Below, piece by piece: positions 28,890-37,115 of a DNA stretch of 40,445 nt. The notes beneath the pieces are model-generated. The model was not told the DNA's origin. It made no database searches and was given only the letters and a program-made list of their open reading frames with translations. Source of the DNA: a virus; UHGV virus genome UHGV-1363021, one strand, 5' to 3'. Position 1 is the stretch's first letter, and each line of letters begins with the position of its first letter. Made by a program: the position numbers and the translations under genes.

Positions 28890-29559
28890 TGTAAAAGTTT
28901 TCATAAAACCTCATGCTAGACATAATAAAAACACTCCTAGAACATCCAGTATTGTCAGTACTGGTTATTCAAGAAGTGTTATGCAACTAAGAAAATGGCC
29001 TCTCGGTAACTAAACCGTAAGGCCAAATAACAAAGAAAGGATTATACCTGGAGCTTCAGAACTTCTCCATATCATATGATAAAATATTTTTGGGATATTT
29101 TCAATTATGAAAGAACAAATATATTTGTATTATTAATATTAAGCGTACCATTACTACTTTTATAGGAAGAGAGATCCATTTTTATTATTTAGATAAAAAG
29201 AATAGACGTAGAAAACTTGAGCGAGTATAAATCAAAAATACTTGAATTGATTAGTAGTATTATAACAGGATATCAGATTTTCAAAGAGCAAGCATAAAAC
29301 AATTTGTCATCTCACAACTACGACTTGAAAATATAGAAGCTGATAACATACTGCAAAAAACTATATGAATATGCTACAAAGTATTATAATAAGGATAGAA
29401 TACAATTATAATGAAGACTGGTGTGTTGTTTATGGGGAGCTAGTGAAAAGTACTTGAATGGTATGAATGACTAAAAAGTACAAAAGTCATAATGTTTATG
29501 TTGAAGGCAAATGGAACACTATTTACATAAAATCATATCAAAGAAGTGAAAAGTGAATA

Positions 29560-29739
29560 ATGAGAAAAGAAATAGAGAAGTTATTAAAGAGTGATCTAAC
29601 AAGCAATTGCATAGCAACAGAAACAGGTGTAGAACAAAGTACTATTCATCGACTAAGATTTGGAGAACGCACACTTGATAATTTAGGGTTAAAACAATGT
29701 GAAAAGTTATATGATTTTGCAATTAAGATAAAACTATAA
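29560..29739 (+). CDS. small HTH-like protein (59 aa) in the cargo region, preceded by a 29-aa ORF (29467-29556)
   Basis: Helix-turn-helix-like IATETGVEQSTIHRL; strong terminator 29897-29926 downstream; below ORF-track cutoff. Confidence 0.3.
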   Translation: MRKEIEKLLKSDLTSNCIATETGVEQSTIHRLRFGERTLDNLGLKQCEKLYDFAIKIKL

Positions 29740-29896
29740 CTATTTCGACTTCGAGGTGGCCATTATATTAAAATAACCCTTGCCCTAATTTAATATTAAT
29801 ACTATATTCTAAACCACTTTCTTTATATCTTTAAATGTGCTAATTTATAAGTATACAATTTAACTTTCCTCTCAAATTTTCATGTATTTATTTAAT

Positions 29897-29926
29897 AACC
29901 ACGTTCTTAACAGAACGTGGTTTTTT
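29897..29926 (+). terminator. intrinsic terminator (AACCACGTTC-loop-GAACGTGGTT plus T6)
   Basis: Perfect 10-bp stem, 6-nt loop, TTTTTT. Confidence 0.75.
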
Positions 29927-30138
29927 GATACCATAATTGATACCAATTTAATTTAAAACTAAAAATATTGTAAAATTTTCAGATACCAAAACCGCTTAAA
30001 ATCAACGTTTTTAGTATCTGAAAAATACAGAAAATAGATATTTTACACGAAATGGAAGGTGCAATTGGATAGCCTTCAAAGGCGTGGTTGAGCCATTCTC
30101 TATCACTGAAAACAGCTATTGATACCATTTTGATACCA
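29925..30138. other. attP-like region: four direct TTGATACCA arm-type repeats flanking an 11-bp inverted repeat, abutting the integrase stop
   Basis: TTGATACCA at 29925-33, 29937-45, 30119-27, 30130-38; perfect inverted repeat TTTTCAGATAC (29976-86) / GTATCTGAAAA (30014-24). Confidence 0.5.
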
Positions 30139-30139
30139 T

Positions 30140-31189
30140 TTACTCGTCAAATATTGCTATTGCATCGTGTTTTTTCTGAGTATATAAATGGCTGTAAGTG
30201 CCCATCGTTTCAGTGATTTGAGCATGTCTCATAAGCGATTGTAAAACAAAAATATCTACACCGTTATTTGCAAGGTAAGATGCGTAAGAATGTCTTAACG
30301 TGTGTATGTTATAATTAGGGAAAGCTTGTTGGAATTTCTTCTGAGCATGCTGGTAGTGCTTAGGAGCCATTCCACCAAAAATAAAGTAACTACGTTCATC
30401 AAAGTATTTGTTTGCTGATTTCTCACGTTGATAGCGTTGAGTTAACATTTCATTGATGAACTTAGGTAAGGGAACAATATCTTCTGAGCTATCTGTTTTA
30501 GGTCGTGGATATATTGTTCTATTAGAGATGTCCATTGTTTTACTAATGGATATCTCTTTTTTATATTTATTAAAATCAGTCCAAACTAGCGCCATTGCTT
30601 CTCCGACCCTTAATCCTGTATAAAACATCAAAGTAAACAATTCTCTATAGTCTTGTTCTTTAATATCTTTTACACGTTCTTCAAATTCCTCTCTTAGCAT
30701 ATACTTCGGTCTAGGTTTTACACGTGGAATAGGTTTGATGGATATAGTTGGATCTATACGCAACCCGAAATACTTTTTAGCATAGTTAACAACTACTTTG
30801 AAACCAGACCATATGGTACGTGCTGTATTAGTTGAAGGTACAGTTTCCATTAAGTATTTACGGAACTCTTGGCACTGATTTTGAGTTATTTTATTCATAT
30901 TGATGTGTCCGAATTTATCTTTTATATGTTTATTATATTCGTTTCGTTTACGCTTTTTTGTTTTAGGTCGAAGATCGCTATTTTCCAGGTAATGATTGAA
31001 AACATAGTCAAAAGTTCTAGAGTCACTATAACCTTCGTTAACTTCATTTAAAAATCTTGCTTCTTCACTCTTCGCTTCACGCTTTGTGGCAAATCCTCGC
31101 TTCAATTTACGTTTGTTATTTCCGTAAACATCTTTGTATCGTATAGAGAAATACCACTTTTTTGTACTTTCATCTTTATATACTGGCAT
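30140..31189 (-). CDS. int: tyrosine integrase
   Basis: C-terminal catalytic region HTLRHSYASYL...LMRHAQITET..YSHLY (R-H-R-Y); N-terminal SAM-like domain; 349 aa. Confidence 0.9.
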   Translation of the reverse strand: MPVYKDESTKKWYFSIRYKDVYGNNKRKLKRGFATKREAKSEEARFLNEVNEGYSDSRTFDYVFNHYLENSDLRPKTKKRKRNEYNKHIKDKFGHINMNKITQNQCQEFRKYLMETVPSTNTARTIWSGFKVVVNYAKKYFGLRIDPTISIKPIPRVKPRPKYMLREEFEERVKDIKEQDYRELFTLMFYTGLRVGEAMALVWTDFNKYKKEISISKTMDISNRTIYPRPKTDSSEDIVPLPKFINEMLTQRYQREKSANKYFDERSYFIFGGMAPKHYQHAQKKFQQAFPNYNIHTLRHSYASYLANNGVDIFVLQSLMRHAQITETMGTYSHLYTQKKHDAIAIFDE

Positions 31190-31207
31190 CTTTACTCATT
31201 CCTCCTT

Positions 31208-31244
31208 AAAAAAGTAAAAAATAATAAGGGTAGACGGGCTACCC
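31208..31244 (-). terminator. intrinsic terminator on minus strand (GGGTAG-loop-CTACCC plus T-run) downstream of the CapA-like gene
   Basis: Perfect 6-bp stem 31228-31244; minus-strand T-rich tail (plus-strand AAAAAGTAAAAAATAATAA). Confidence 0.55.
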
Positions 31245-31403
31245 GATAATATGCTCTCTAAATAATAGTCAATGTTACTTATAATTTAATTAAGATAACT
31301 CGAGAAGGATTAACGCTGGTCCCGAAAAGGAGTAAGTGCATAAGCACTGAGCATTACTATGTGCCTGGGGTTATCTTTTTTATTTCATAAACTATCAACA
31401 AAT

Positions 31404-32561
31404 TTAGTTAGATTTTAAAAATTCTTTATCAATAATTTCATTAGTAATTCTTTCCATATGTTCTTTAGTCATATCCTTGTTTTCACCACTTTGCATACCA
31501 TGTTCATTTGCTATTTTATCGTTATATTTGTCTAGTGGGTAAACAGTAAAATCATATCTAGAATCTTTATTGCCTGGTATTCTTTCTCTATAGAAATTTA
31601 CTAGGGATTTCCAATGAACATTTTTAATTACAATTTTTTGCCCTTTTTTTGTTATATCAAAATTTATGCTACCACAAAGATTATTACTTTCATTACCAGT
31701 ATTTTGACCATTTAAAAAATTACCTAATGAGTAAACTACAAGTGTTTTGTGATTTTTTATGCCTTTTACCCATTTTACCGGTTGAATTACATGGGGATGC
31801 ATACCTATTACGGCATCGACATTTGAATTTGCGAATACTTTAGCATATCTTTCTTGCTTTTTATTTGGATAATGATGACTCTCTTGTCCCCAATGAGTTG
31901 AAACGATAACAGCATCACTATTTTTTTTAGCGTATTTGACGTCTCGCTTTATTTTATTTTCATTTAAATAATTAATTTGATATTTATTTTCTGGTTTAAG
32001 TCCATTAGTACCAAATGTATAATTAAGTATTGCTATCTTTATTCCATTTTTATTTATAATTTGAAGTTTCTCATTATCTTTTTTAGATTTGTATACACCA
32101 GTGAACATAACTCCTTTTTCTTTATACTTTTCCCATAGATTAACTCTATGATTAACGCCATGTGTACCTTTGTCGAGAGCATGATTATTTGATCCGTTAA
32201 TTAAATTAAATCCTGATTCAACCAAATATTTCGACAAATCGCTAGGAGTATTAAACCTTTTAAAACCTGAATAAGGTATATCATCCCCTCCCATTGGGGA
32301 CTCTTGGTTGATGTAAGCAATATCAAATTTCTTTATATAAGGTTTAATGTTTTTATACATTGGTGAAAAATCATAGTCATTATGACGAGTTTTTGCATCG
32401 CTATATACAACTGGATGAATTAAATTATCTCCAACTGCAACAAAAGAAACTTTTTCATGATTAAAGTGGGTGTCAATTTCAGCAAATATTAAAGTTATAA
32501 CTGCTAATAGGCTAAAAAAAATTATAGCTATTATTTTTTTCAATTTACATACCTTCTTCAT
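31404..32561 (-). CDS. CapA/PGA_cap-family membrane-anchored metallophosphatase-like protein, lysogeny-region moron
   Basis: N-terminal TM anchor; metallophosphatase-like motifs (VAVGDNLIHP, INGSNNHALDKG, GMHPHV) and overall CapA/PgsA (PF09587-type) architecture; own terminator. Confidence 0.65.
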   Translation of the reverse strand: MKKVCKLKKIIAIIFFSLLAVITLIFAEIDTHFNHEKVSFVAVGDNLIHPVVYSDAKTRHNDYDFSPMYKNIKPYIKKFDIAYINQESPMGGDDIPYSGFKRFNTPSDLSKYLVESGFNLINGSNNHALDKGTHGVNHRVNLWEKYKEKGVMFTGVYKSKKDNEKLQIINKNGIKIAILNYTFGTNGLKPENKYQINYLNENKIKRDVKYAKKNSDAVIVSTHWGQESHHYPNKKQERYAKVFANSNVDAVIGMHPHVIQPVKWVKGIKNHKTLVVYSLGNFLNGQNTGNESNNLCGSINFDITKKGQKIVIKNVHWKSLVNFYRERIPGNKDSRYDFTVYPLDKYNDKIANEHGMQSGENKDMTKEHMERITNEIIDKEFLKSN

Positions 32562-32568
32562 AATTTAT

Positions 32569-32736
32569 TCATCTATTTCGCTTGCAATTCTCTCTAACGT
32601 TTCTCTAACCTCTTTTAAAGTATACATATCTGAAAATGTGTAACAGAAAGTTTTTCCGTTATCAGTTTCGGCTGTAACAGTGTATAAATCCTCAATATGA
32701 TCATAGCTAATATGATAGTTTAAAATCTTCATTCAT
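32569..32736 (-). CDS. hypothetical small protein (55 aa) between the CapA-like gene and cI
   Basis: Minus-strand ORF with GGGGA SD; below ORF-track cutoff. Confidence 0.35.
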
Positions 32737-32776
32737 AGTCCCCTTTTTGCATGTAGTTTATTAAATTGACCTTTCA

Positions 32777-33403
32777 TTAAAATAACTTTTGACTTGCTAC
32801 AACTCTACCAATTATTTTAACTTCATCATTTTTTCCATATACCTGTGGGTAGTGATTTGTATTGTTTGATTCTGGAATTAATATAACTTGGTCACCATTG
32901 TATCTAATACGTTTAACAGTCGCGTTATAACCATTAATCATAACAACGCCTAACTGACCATTCTCTACTATAGAATCTTTCTCTACCACAACTATATCGC
33001 CGTCTTGAAATATTTTATCCATGCTATCGCCAGACACTTTTAAACCAAATTCTTCTTTATCAGAATTAAGTTTGTTAGTAGCAAAGTATATGTAATCGAT
33101 TAAATTTTCTTCACTATAGATAGGTAAGCCAGCAGATATTTTTGAAACGACTGGAATCTTTTTGACTGGTAGGGTTTCTAATACTTGTTTTTCTTTGTCT
33201 TCTACCAAATCAGCTTTAGTTACATTAAAGTAATCAGCAAGTAATTCTATTTTGTCAATACGAGGATATGTTTTTGCATTTATCCAATCTGACAAAGTTG
33301 TATATTTTACTTTTAAATCATTTGAAAGTTTCTTTCTATCGATATTGTTTTCTTTCATAAGACGAGAAATATTTTTAGCCATTACTTGTTTATTACCTAG
33401 CAT
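32777..33403 (-). CDS. cI: cI-like repressor (XRE HTH + S24 LexA-like peptidase domain)
   Basis: N-terminal HTH; C-terminal S24 motifs GDSM (Ser) and VKRI (Lys); divergent from cro. Confidence 0.85.
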   Translation of the reverse strand: MLGNKQVMAKNISRLMKENNIDRKKLSNDLKVKYTTLSDWINAKTYPRIDKIELLADYFNVTKADLVEDKEKQVLETLPVKKIPVVSKISAGLPIYSEENLIDYIYFATNKLNSDKEEFGLKVSGDSMDKIFQDGDIVVVEKDSIVENGQLGVVMINGYNATVKRIRYNGDQVILIPESNNTNHYPQVYGKNDEVKIIGRVVASQKLF

Positions 33404-33438
33404 TTATTTTCAATCCCTTCATCTAATAACTTAAATCC

Positions 33439-33467
33439 ATTATACGATTATTCCGTAAATATTACAA
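33439..33467 (-). promoter_or_regulatory. putative cI promoter (-35 TTGTAA, 17-nt spacer, -10 TATAAT on minus strand)
   Basis: Plus-strand ATTATA 33439-44 and TTACAA 33462-67 give a near-consensus sigma-A promoter reading leftward. Confidence 0.55.
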
Positions 33468-33524
33468 GTGTAAAATAAAAAATACGGTTTAAGTGTTGAC
33501 ATTACGTTTTAACCGTAATATACT
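33452..33524. promoter_or_regulatory. putative operator sites with CCGTAA/TTACGG core between divergent promoters
   Basis: TCCGTAAATATTA (33452-64), ATACGGTTTA (33482-91, inverted) and AACCGTAATATA (33511-22) overlap the promoter elements. Confidence 0.45.
33496..33524 (+). promoter_or_regulatory. putative cro promoter (-35 TTGACA, 17-nt spacer, -10 TATACT)
   Basis: Consensus -35 and good -10 with 17-nt spacing, 30 nt upstream of the cro RBS. Confidence 0.6.
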
Positions 33525-33555
33525 TAATTCAGTTCTTACAGCAGGAGGTGACAAA

Positions 33556-33783
33556 ATGGTTGAAACTTATGTAAGAAAAGAACCCTATACACTAAAAATG
33601 TTGCGTGCTAAATATGATTTAACTCAAGCACAGGCAGGTAAGAAAGTAGGTGTTTCTGCTGATGTTTGGCACAATTGGGAAAAAGCTAAAACATTTCCTA
33701 ATATTCCACAATTACAAAAGATTGAAGAAGAATTTAACGTCACTTACAATGACATTATTTTTTTAACCAACAATAACGGTTAA
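33556..33783 (+). CDS. cro: Cro-like XRE-family HTH repressor
   Basis: GGAGGTG RBS 5 nt before ATG; HTH LTQAQAGKKVGVSADVWHNWE; divergent from cI. Confidence 0.75.
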   Translation: MVETYVRKEPYTLKMLRAKYDLTQAQAGKKVGVSADVWHNWEKAKTFPNIPQLQKIEEEFNVTYNDIIFLTNNNG

Positions 33784-33808
33784 ACCGTAATAAAGGAGAT
33801 GGAAATAA

Positions 33809-34726
33809 TTGTTTGAAATAGAACACATGAATGAAGTGTTTGATTATTCTCTTATAGATGGTGAAACGGCAGAATTTTTGAAAGAACGAGAATACACAAT
33901 TAACGGAATCGCTGAAGATGCTCGTATCAAAATAGGTAAGGAATTAAAAAAAGCTAAAAACAAATTAGCTAATCATCACGGCGGAGTTTTTCAAAAGTGG
34001 GTTCAAAGTGGTGGCATGTCAATAGATGATGCTTATTACTATATCAATTTAAATGAGTTGTCGAGAAATCTCGATGACATAAAAAAAGACAATTTCCTAA
34101 ACGCTCCTAAATCACTACAAAAAGAAGTAATGAAAAAGAACACTCCAGATGATTTAAAACAAAAAGTTTTAGATGGAGACATCACAACACACAAAGAGTA
34201 CAAGCAACTTCAAAAAGATAAGGAAGAACTCAAGCAACAAAACGCTCAACTTCAATCTCAAGTAAAACAAGCAAAACGTTCAGAATCAATTGCACGTAAG
34301 AAACTCGAAGATGAACAGAATAGAGAACCTGAAGTGATTGAGCGAGAAGTTATCAAAGAGGTTGTACCTGATGAAATTCAACAACAACTCGAACAATTCA
34401 AGCAAAAATTCGAACGTGAAAGTGACAATGCTAATGAACTTAGAAATGAATTGCAGCGCTATAGAAACAGTTTCGGCGACCCTAACCAAGCATACGAAGA
34501 AAAAGAATTAACTAGGCTAGAACGCGAATCGAGTATCAACGCACACAAGATATCAATTAGCATACAAAATTTCATCAAAGAGAACTCAGTTGAAACGTAC
34601 AGACTAGATACAGTCATTAAAGCGAATACGAAGTCGAAAGAAAGACTACAAGAAAATGTAGCGTTATTAAAAGAATTTACAACCAATTTAGAAGCAATGT
34701 TAAACGGAAGAATCGTCGTAAATTAG
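33809..34726 (+). CDS. hypothetical coiled-coil early protein (possible DUF3102-like)
   Basis: TTG start after AAGGAGATGG; long Q/E/K-rich coiled coil. Confidence 0.45.
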   Translation: MFEIEHMNEVFDYSLIDGETAEFLKEREYTINGIAEDARIKIGKELKKAKNKLANHHGGVFQKWVQSGGMSIDDAYYYINLNELSRNLDDIKKDNFLNAPKSLQKEVMKKNTPDDLKQKVLDGDITTHKEYKQLQKDKEELKQQNAQLQSQVKQAKRSESIARKKLEDEQNREPEVIEREVIKEVVPDEIQQQLEQFKQKFERESDNANELRNELQRYRNSFGDPNQAYEEKELTRLERESSINAHKISISIQNFIKENSVETYRLDTVIKANTKSKERLQENVALLKEFTTNLEAMLNGRIVVN

Positions 34727-34736
34727 GAGGAAAGCA

Positions 34737-34913
34737 ATGCAAGAAGAAAAACAAAAAGTCATCTATTACTACTATGACAAGAAAGGTAATAGACGACTAA
34801 TATTTGTATCTAATGAGTTAGTAGATAATTATGACCACTTGATTGAACGCTTTCCACAAATTAATAAAAACTTATATGTCTTAATTAATGGATTAGAGTT
34901 CAAATTACTGTAA
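34737..34913 (+). CDS. hypothetical small protein (58 aa)
   Basis: AGGAGG RBS; below ORF-track cutoff. Confidence 0.35.
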   Translation: MQEEKQKVIYYYYDKKGNRRLIFVSNELVDNYDHLIERFPQINKNLYVLINGLEFKLL

Positions 34914-35013
34914 ACCAAACATTTGTTTAGTAACAGATGTAGCGAGCTGTTGTAGTACTGGAATAGATACCGAATGTATATAGAAAAATTATAACAGAAA
35001 GAAGGAATTCAAA

Positions 35014-35502
35014 ATGGCAAAGCGTAAAGATGAATTAATTTTTTTACAAAATCATATTAAACAAACGAATGAACAAGGGCAACAGTTAGAACAAATCATT
35101 GAAAGAATGTTAGATATGGAAGATCGCGTTGAAAATCGAGTGTCATATGTAGAAGATATGGTAGAAGAAATCAAGAAAGAAGTACCTATAACTTATGAAC
35201 AGCAAAAGGAACTGCAGTCAATTGTTCAGTCAAAAGCAAACCAATTTACAAGAGAGTATTACAAAAATGGTATTCCAGTAGATATGAAGTACCAAAATGA
35301 ATTATTCAAAAAGAAAAAAGGACAATTTATTCGTGCAATGTGGACACGCTTAAAAGAGTATTTCAACGTCCCGAGATACACAGCAATTCAAAAAGTTGAT
35401 TATGACCGTACTAAACAATTTTTGATAATGATTGCGTTTAAAGATTTCAAGCCCAACGAACTTGAAGATAAAGCAAGTTGGAATATCCCTGGTTTGATAT
35501 AG
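35014..35502 (+). CDS. hypothetical early protein
   Basis: ORF with GAAGGA SD. Confidence 0.45.
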   Translation: MAKRKDELIFLQNHIKQTNEQGQQLEQIIERMLDMEDRVENRVSYVEDMVEEIKKEVPITYEQQKELQSIVQSKANQFTREYYKNGIPVDMKYQNELFKKKKGQFIRAMWTRLKEYFNVPRYTAIQKVDYDRTKQFLIMIAFKDFKPNELEDKASWNIPGLI

Positions 35503-35610
35503 AAATGAATTATGGGGCAAAGAAAAGAATTTTTAGAGGATAAGATTTACCTAATAAAAAGAGATTCCTAATCACACTTTTACAAGTGAAGAGGAAACTC
35601 TAATGGAAAT

Positions 35611-35814
35611 TTAATCTTCTAATAAATCAAGATTCTTTAACAATTTTTCAATCATCTTGTCATTAGCAAGTGCGAAAGATTCAAAATAGTTATTTGCTAT
35701 GACATTAGGGTTTTCACTATCCCTTTCTAGAAACATTTCAGCAAATGTTTCTTCGGCATAATCATTTCTTTGATTAATCAGCTCAGATAATTCTTCTTTC
35801 GTAATCTTATTCAT
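35611..35814 (-). CDS. small acidic protein on the reverse strand (67 aa)
   Basis: AAGGGGG SD 7 nt before ATG (MNKITKE); about 24 percent Asp/Glu, net charge about -9. Confidence 0.45.
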   Translation of the reverse strand: MNKITKEELSELINQRNDYAEETFAEMFLERDSENPNVIANNYFESFALANDKMIEKLLKNLDLLED

Positions 35815-35922
35815 TATAAAACCCCCTTTGCCATTCATTATACATGAAAAGATAAAGAAGTAATAATCGAGTTAAAAATTAATTTTAGACGAAAGAATAA
35901 TAATAGATTAGGAGATATAAAC

Positions 35923-36138
35923 ATGATTAAAAACTCACTTCAAGCAAAAGAGTTAGCGCAAATATTATCAGTTTCTAAATCAAAAGCATCATTAATAATC
36001 AGAGAGCTCAATCAAGAGCTAGAAGAAGAAGGTTACATTGCAATAAGAGGAAAGATACCTATTCAATTAGTTAGAGAAAAATTTCCTTATCATAATATTT
36101 CTGATGAGGTGTTGAAAGAATTGGAGAGAACAAAATGA
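35923..36138 (+). CDS. small HTH DNA-binding protein (HTH_17/excisionase-like)
   Basis: AGGAG RBS; helix-turn-helix AKELAQILSVSKSKASLIIREL. Confidence 0.45.
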   Translation: MIKNSLQAKELAQILSVSKSKASLIIRELNQELEEEGYIAIRGKIPIQLVREKFPYHNISDEVLKELERTK

Positions 36139-36317
36139 AGTACTTACTAAGTTACATGACGATGTTTAACGCAATGATAATAACATTAATGTTAGGTGCT
36201 GGTTTCACGACAGTATTAGGAATTTCGATGTTCGCTTTAATTTTTAGTTCGTTCTTTTGGGAGAAATGGCTAAATGTAACTAAAAAAACTAGTAGACGTA
36301 ATAACGTCTACCAGTAA
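36135..36317 (+). CDS. small 2-TM membrane protein
   Basis: ATGA overlap; hydrophobic helices. Confidence 0.4.
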   Translation: MKYLLSYMTMFNAMIITLMLGAGFTTVLGISMFALIFSSFFWEKWLNVTKKTSRRNNVYQ

Positions 36318-36382
36318 GAGAAAGAGACAGTATTAAAATACTATGAATTAATTAAACCAAAAAAGGTGATGATAAGTCAATT

Positions 36383-36646
36383 ATGAATTCACAATTATTA
36401 TTAGATACATCGAGAATACTGAATGAACTTGTTATGTATAGCAATCAAAATGTGGAAGTTGAATTTAAAAAATACAATGACGGTAATGTAGTTTGTGAGT
36501 TTTGGCACTATTCAAGCCATTATCAATATGGGTGTCAAAGTCTTAAATTTAGAAACATTGATTCTATTAATAAAATGAAACAAAAGCTAGAAGTTGCTAA
36601 AAAAGTAATTGCAGGGGAGTGTCTAATCGATGAGCAACTTATTTGA
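36383..36646 (+). CDS. hypothetical protein
   Basis: ORF with GGTGATGA SD. Confidence 0.4.
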   Translation: MNSQLLLDTSRILNELVMYSNQNVEVEFKKYNDGNVVCEFWHYSSHYQYGCQSLKFRNIDSINKMKQKLEVAKKVIAGECLIDEQLI

Positions 36647-37115
36647 ATTAAAAGATAATTATCAACAAGTTTATGACCTTATCGCTGAACAAGAAGATGA
36701 ACAAATTTTAAAAGATACGCTAGCAAGCATAAACGATGCAATCGAAGAAAAAGCAGATGGATATGTAGCAGTTATTAAGTCTTTAGAAGCAGATAACAAT
36801 GCTATAGACGAAGAAATAAAGCGTTTAAGACAACGTAAAACTTCTAATCAAAACGGTGTCAAACGTTTAAAAGAAAGTTTACAGGAAGTTATGGAGCAGA
36901 CAGGTAAAGAGAAGTTTAAAACTGCGCTTAATTCGTACAGCATCGCTAACAATCCACCTAGTTTAGATGTTACAGATGAAAGTTTAATACCTAAACAATA
37001 CTACATCGAACAGCAACCAAAGTTAGACAAAAAAGAGTTATTGAAAGCTATAAAAGGCGGTTTAGAACTCAAAGGAGTAGAACTAAAACAAAGTAGAAGT
37101 TTGAGGGTAAGATAG
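36630..37115 (+). CDS. Siphovirus Gp157-family protein
   Basis: ~160 aa acidic N-terminus protein immediately upstream of a Sak4-like ATPase, the conserved arrangement for Gp157. Confidence 0.55.
   Translation: MSNLFELKDNYQQVYDLIAEQEDEQILKDTLASINDAIEEKADGYVAVIKSLEADNNAIDEEIKRLRQRKTSNQNGVKRLKESLQEVMEQTGKEKFKTALNSYSIANNPPSLDVTDESLIPKQYYIEQQPKLDKKELLKAIKGGLELKGVELKQSRSLRVR

Noticed and set aside
28780-29013. 77-aa plus-strand ORF in the cargo region
   Set aside because: Starts at a GTG inside a terminator stem and reads through two terminators; no RBS. More plausibly non-coding.
30869-31051. 60-aa plus-strand ORF inside the integrase gene
   Set aside because: Antisense to the integrase, hydrophobic low-complexity translation, no RBS.
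33493-33555. Upstream extension of cro from the TTG at 33493 (ORF-track start)
   Set aside because: The extension would cover the cro promoter and operators; the ATG at 33556 has a perfect GGAGGTG RBS.
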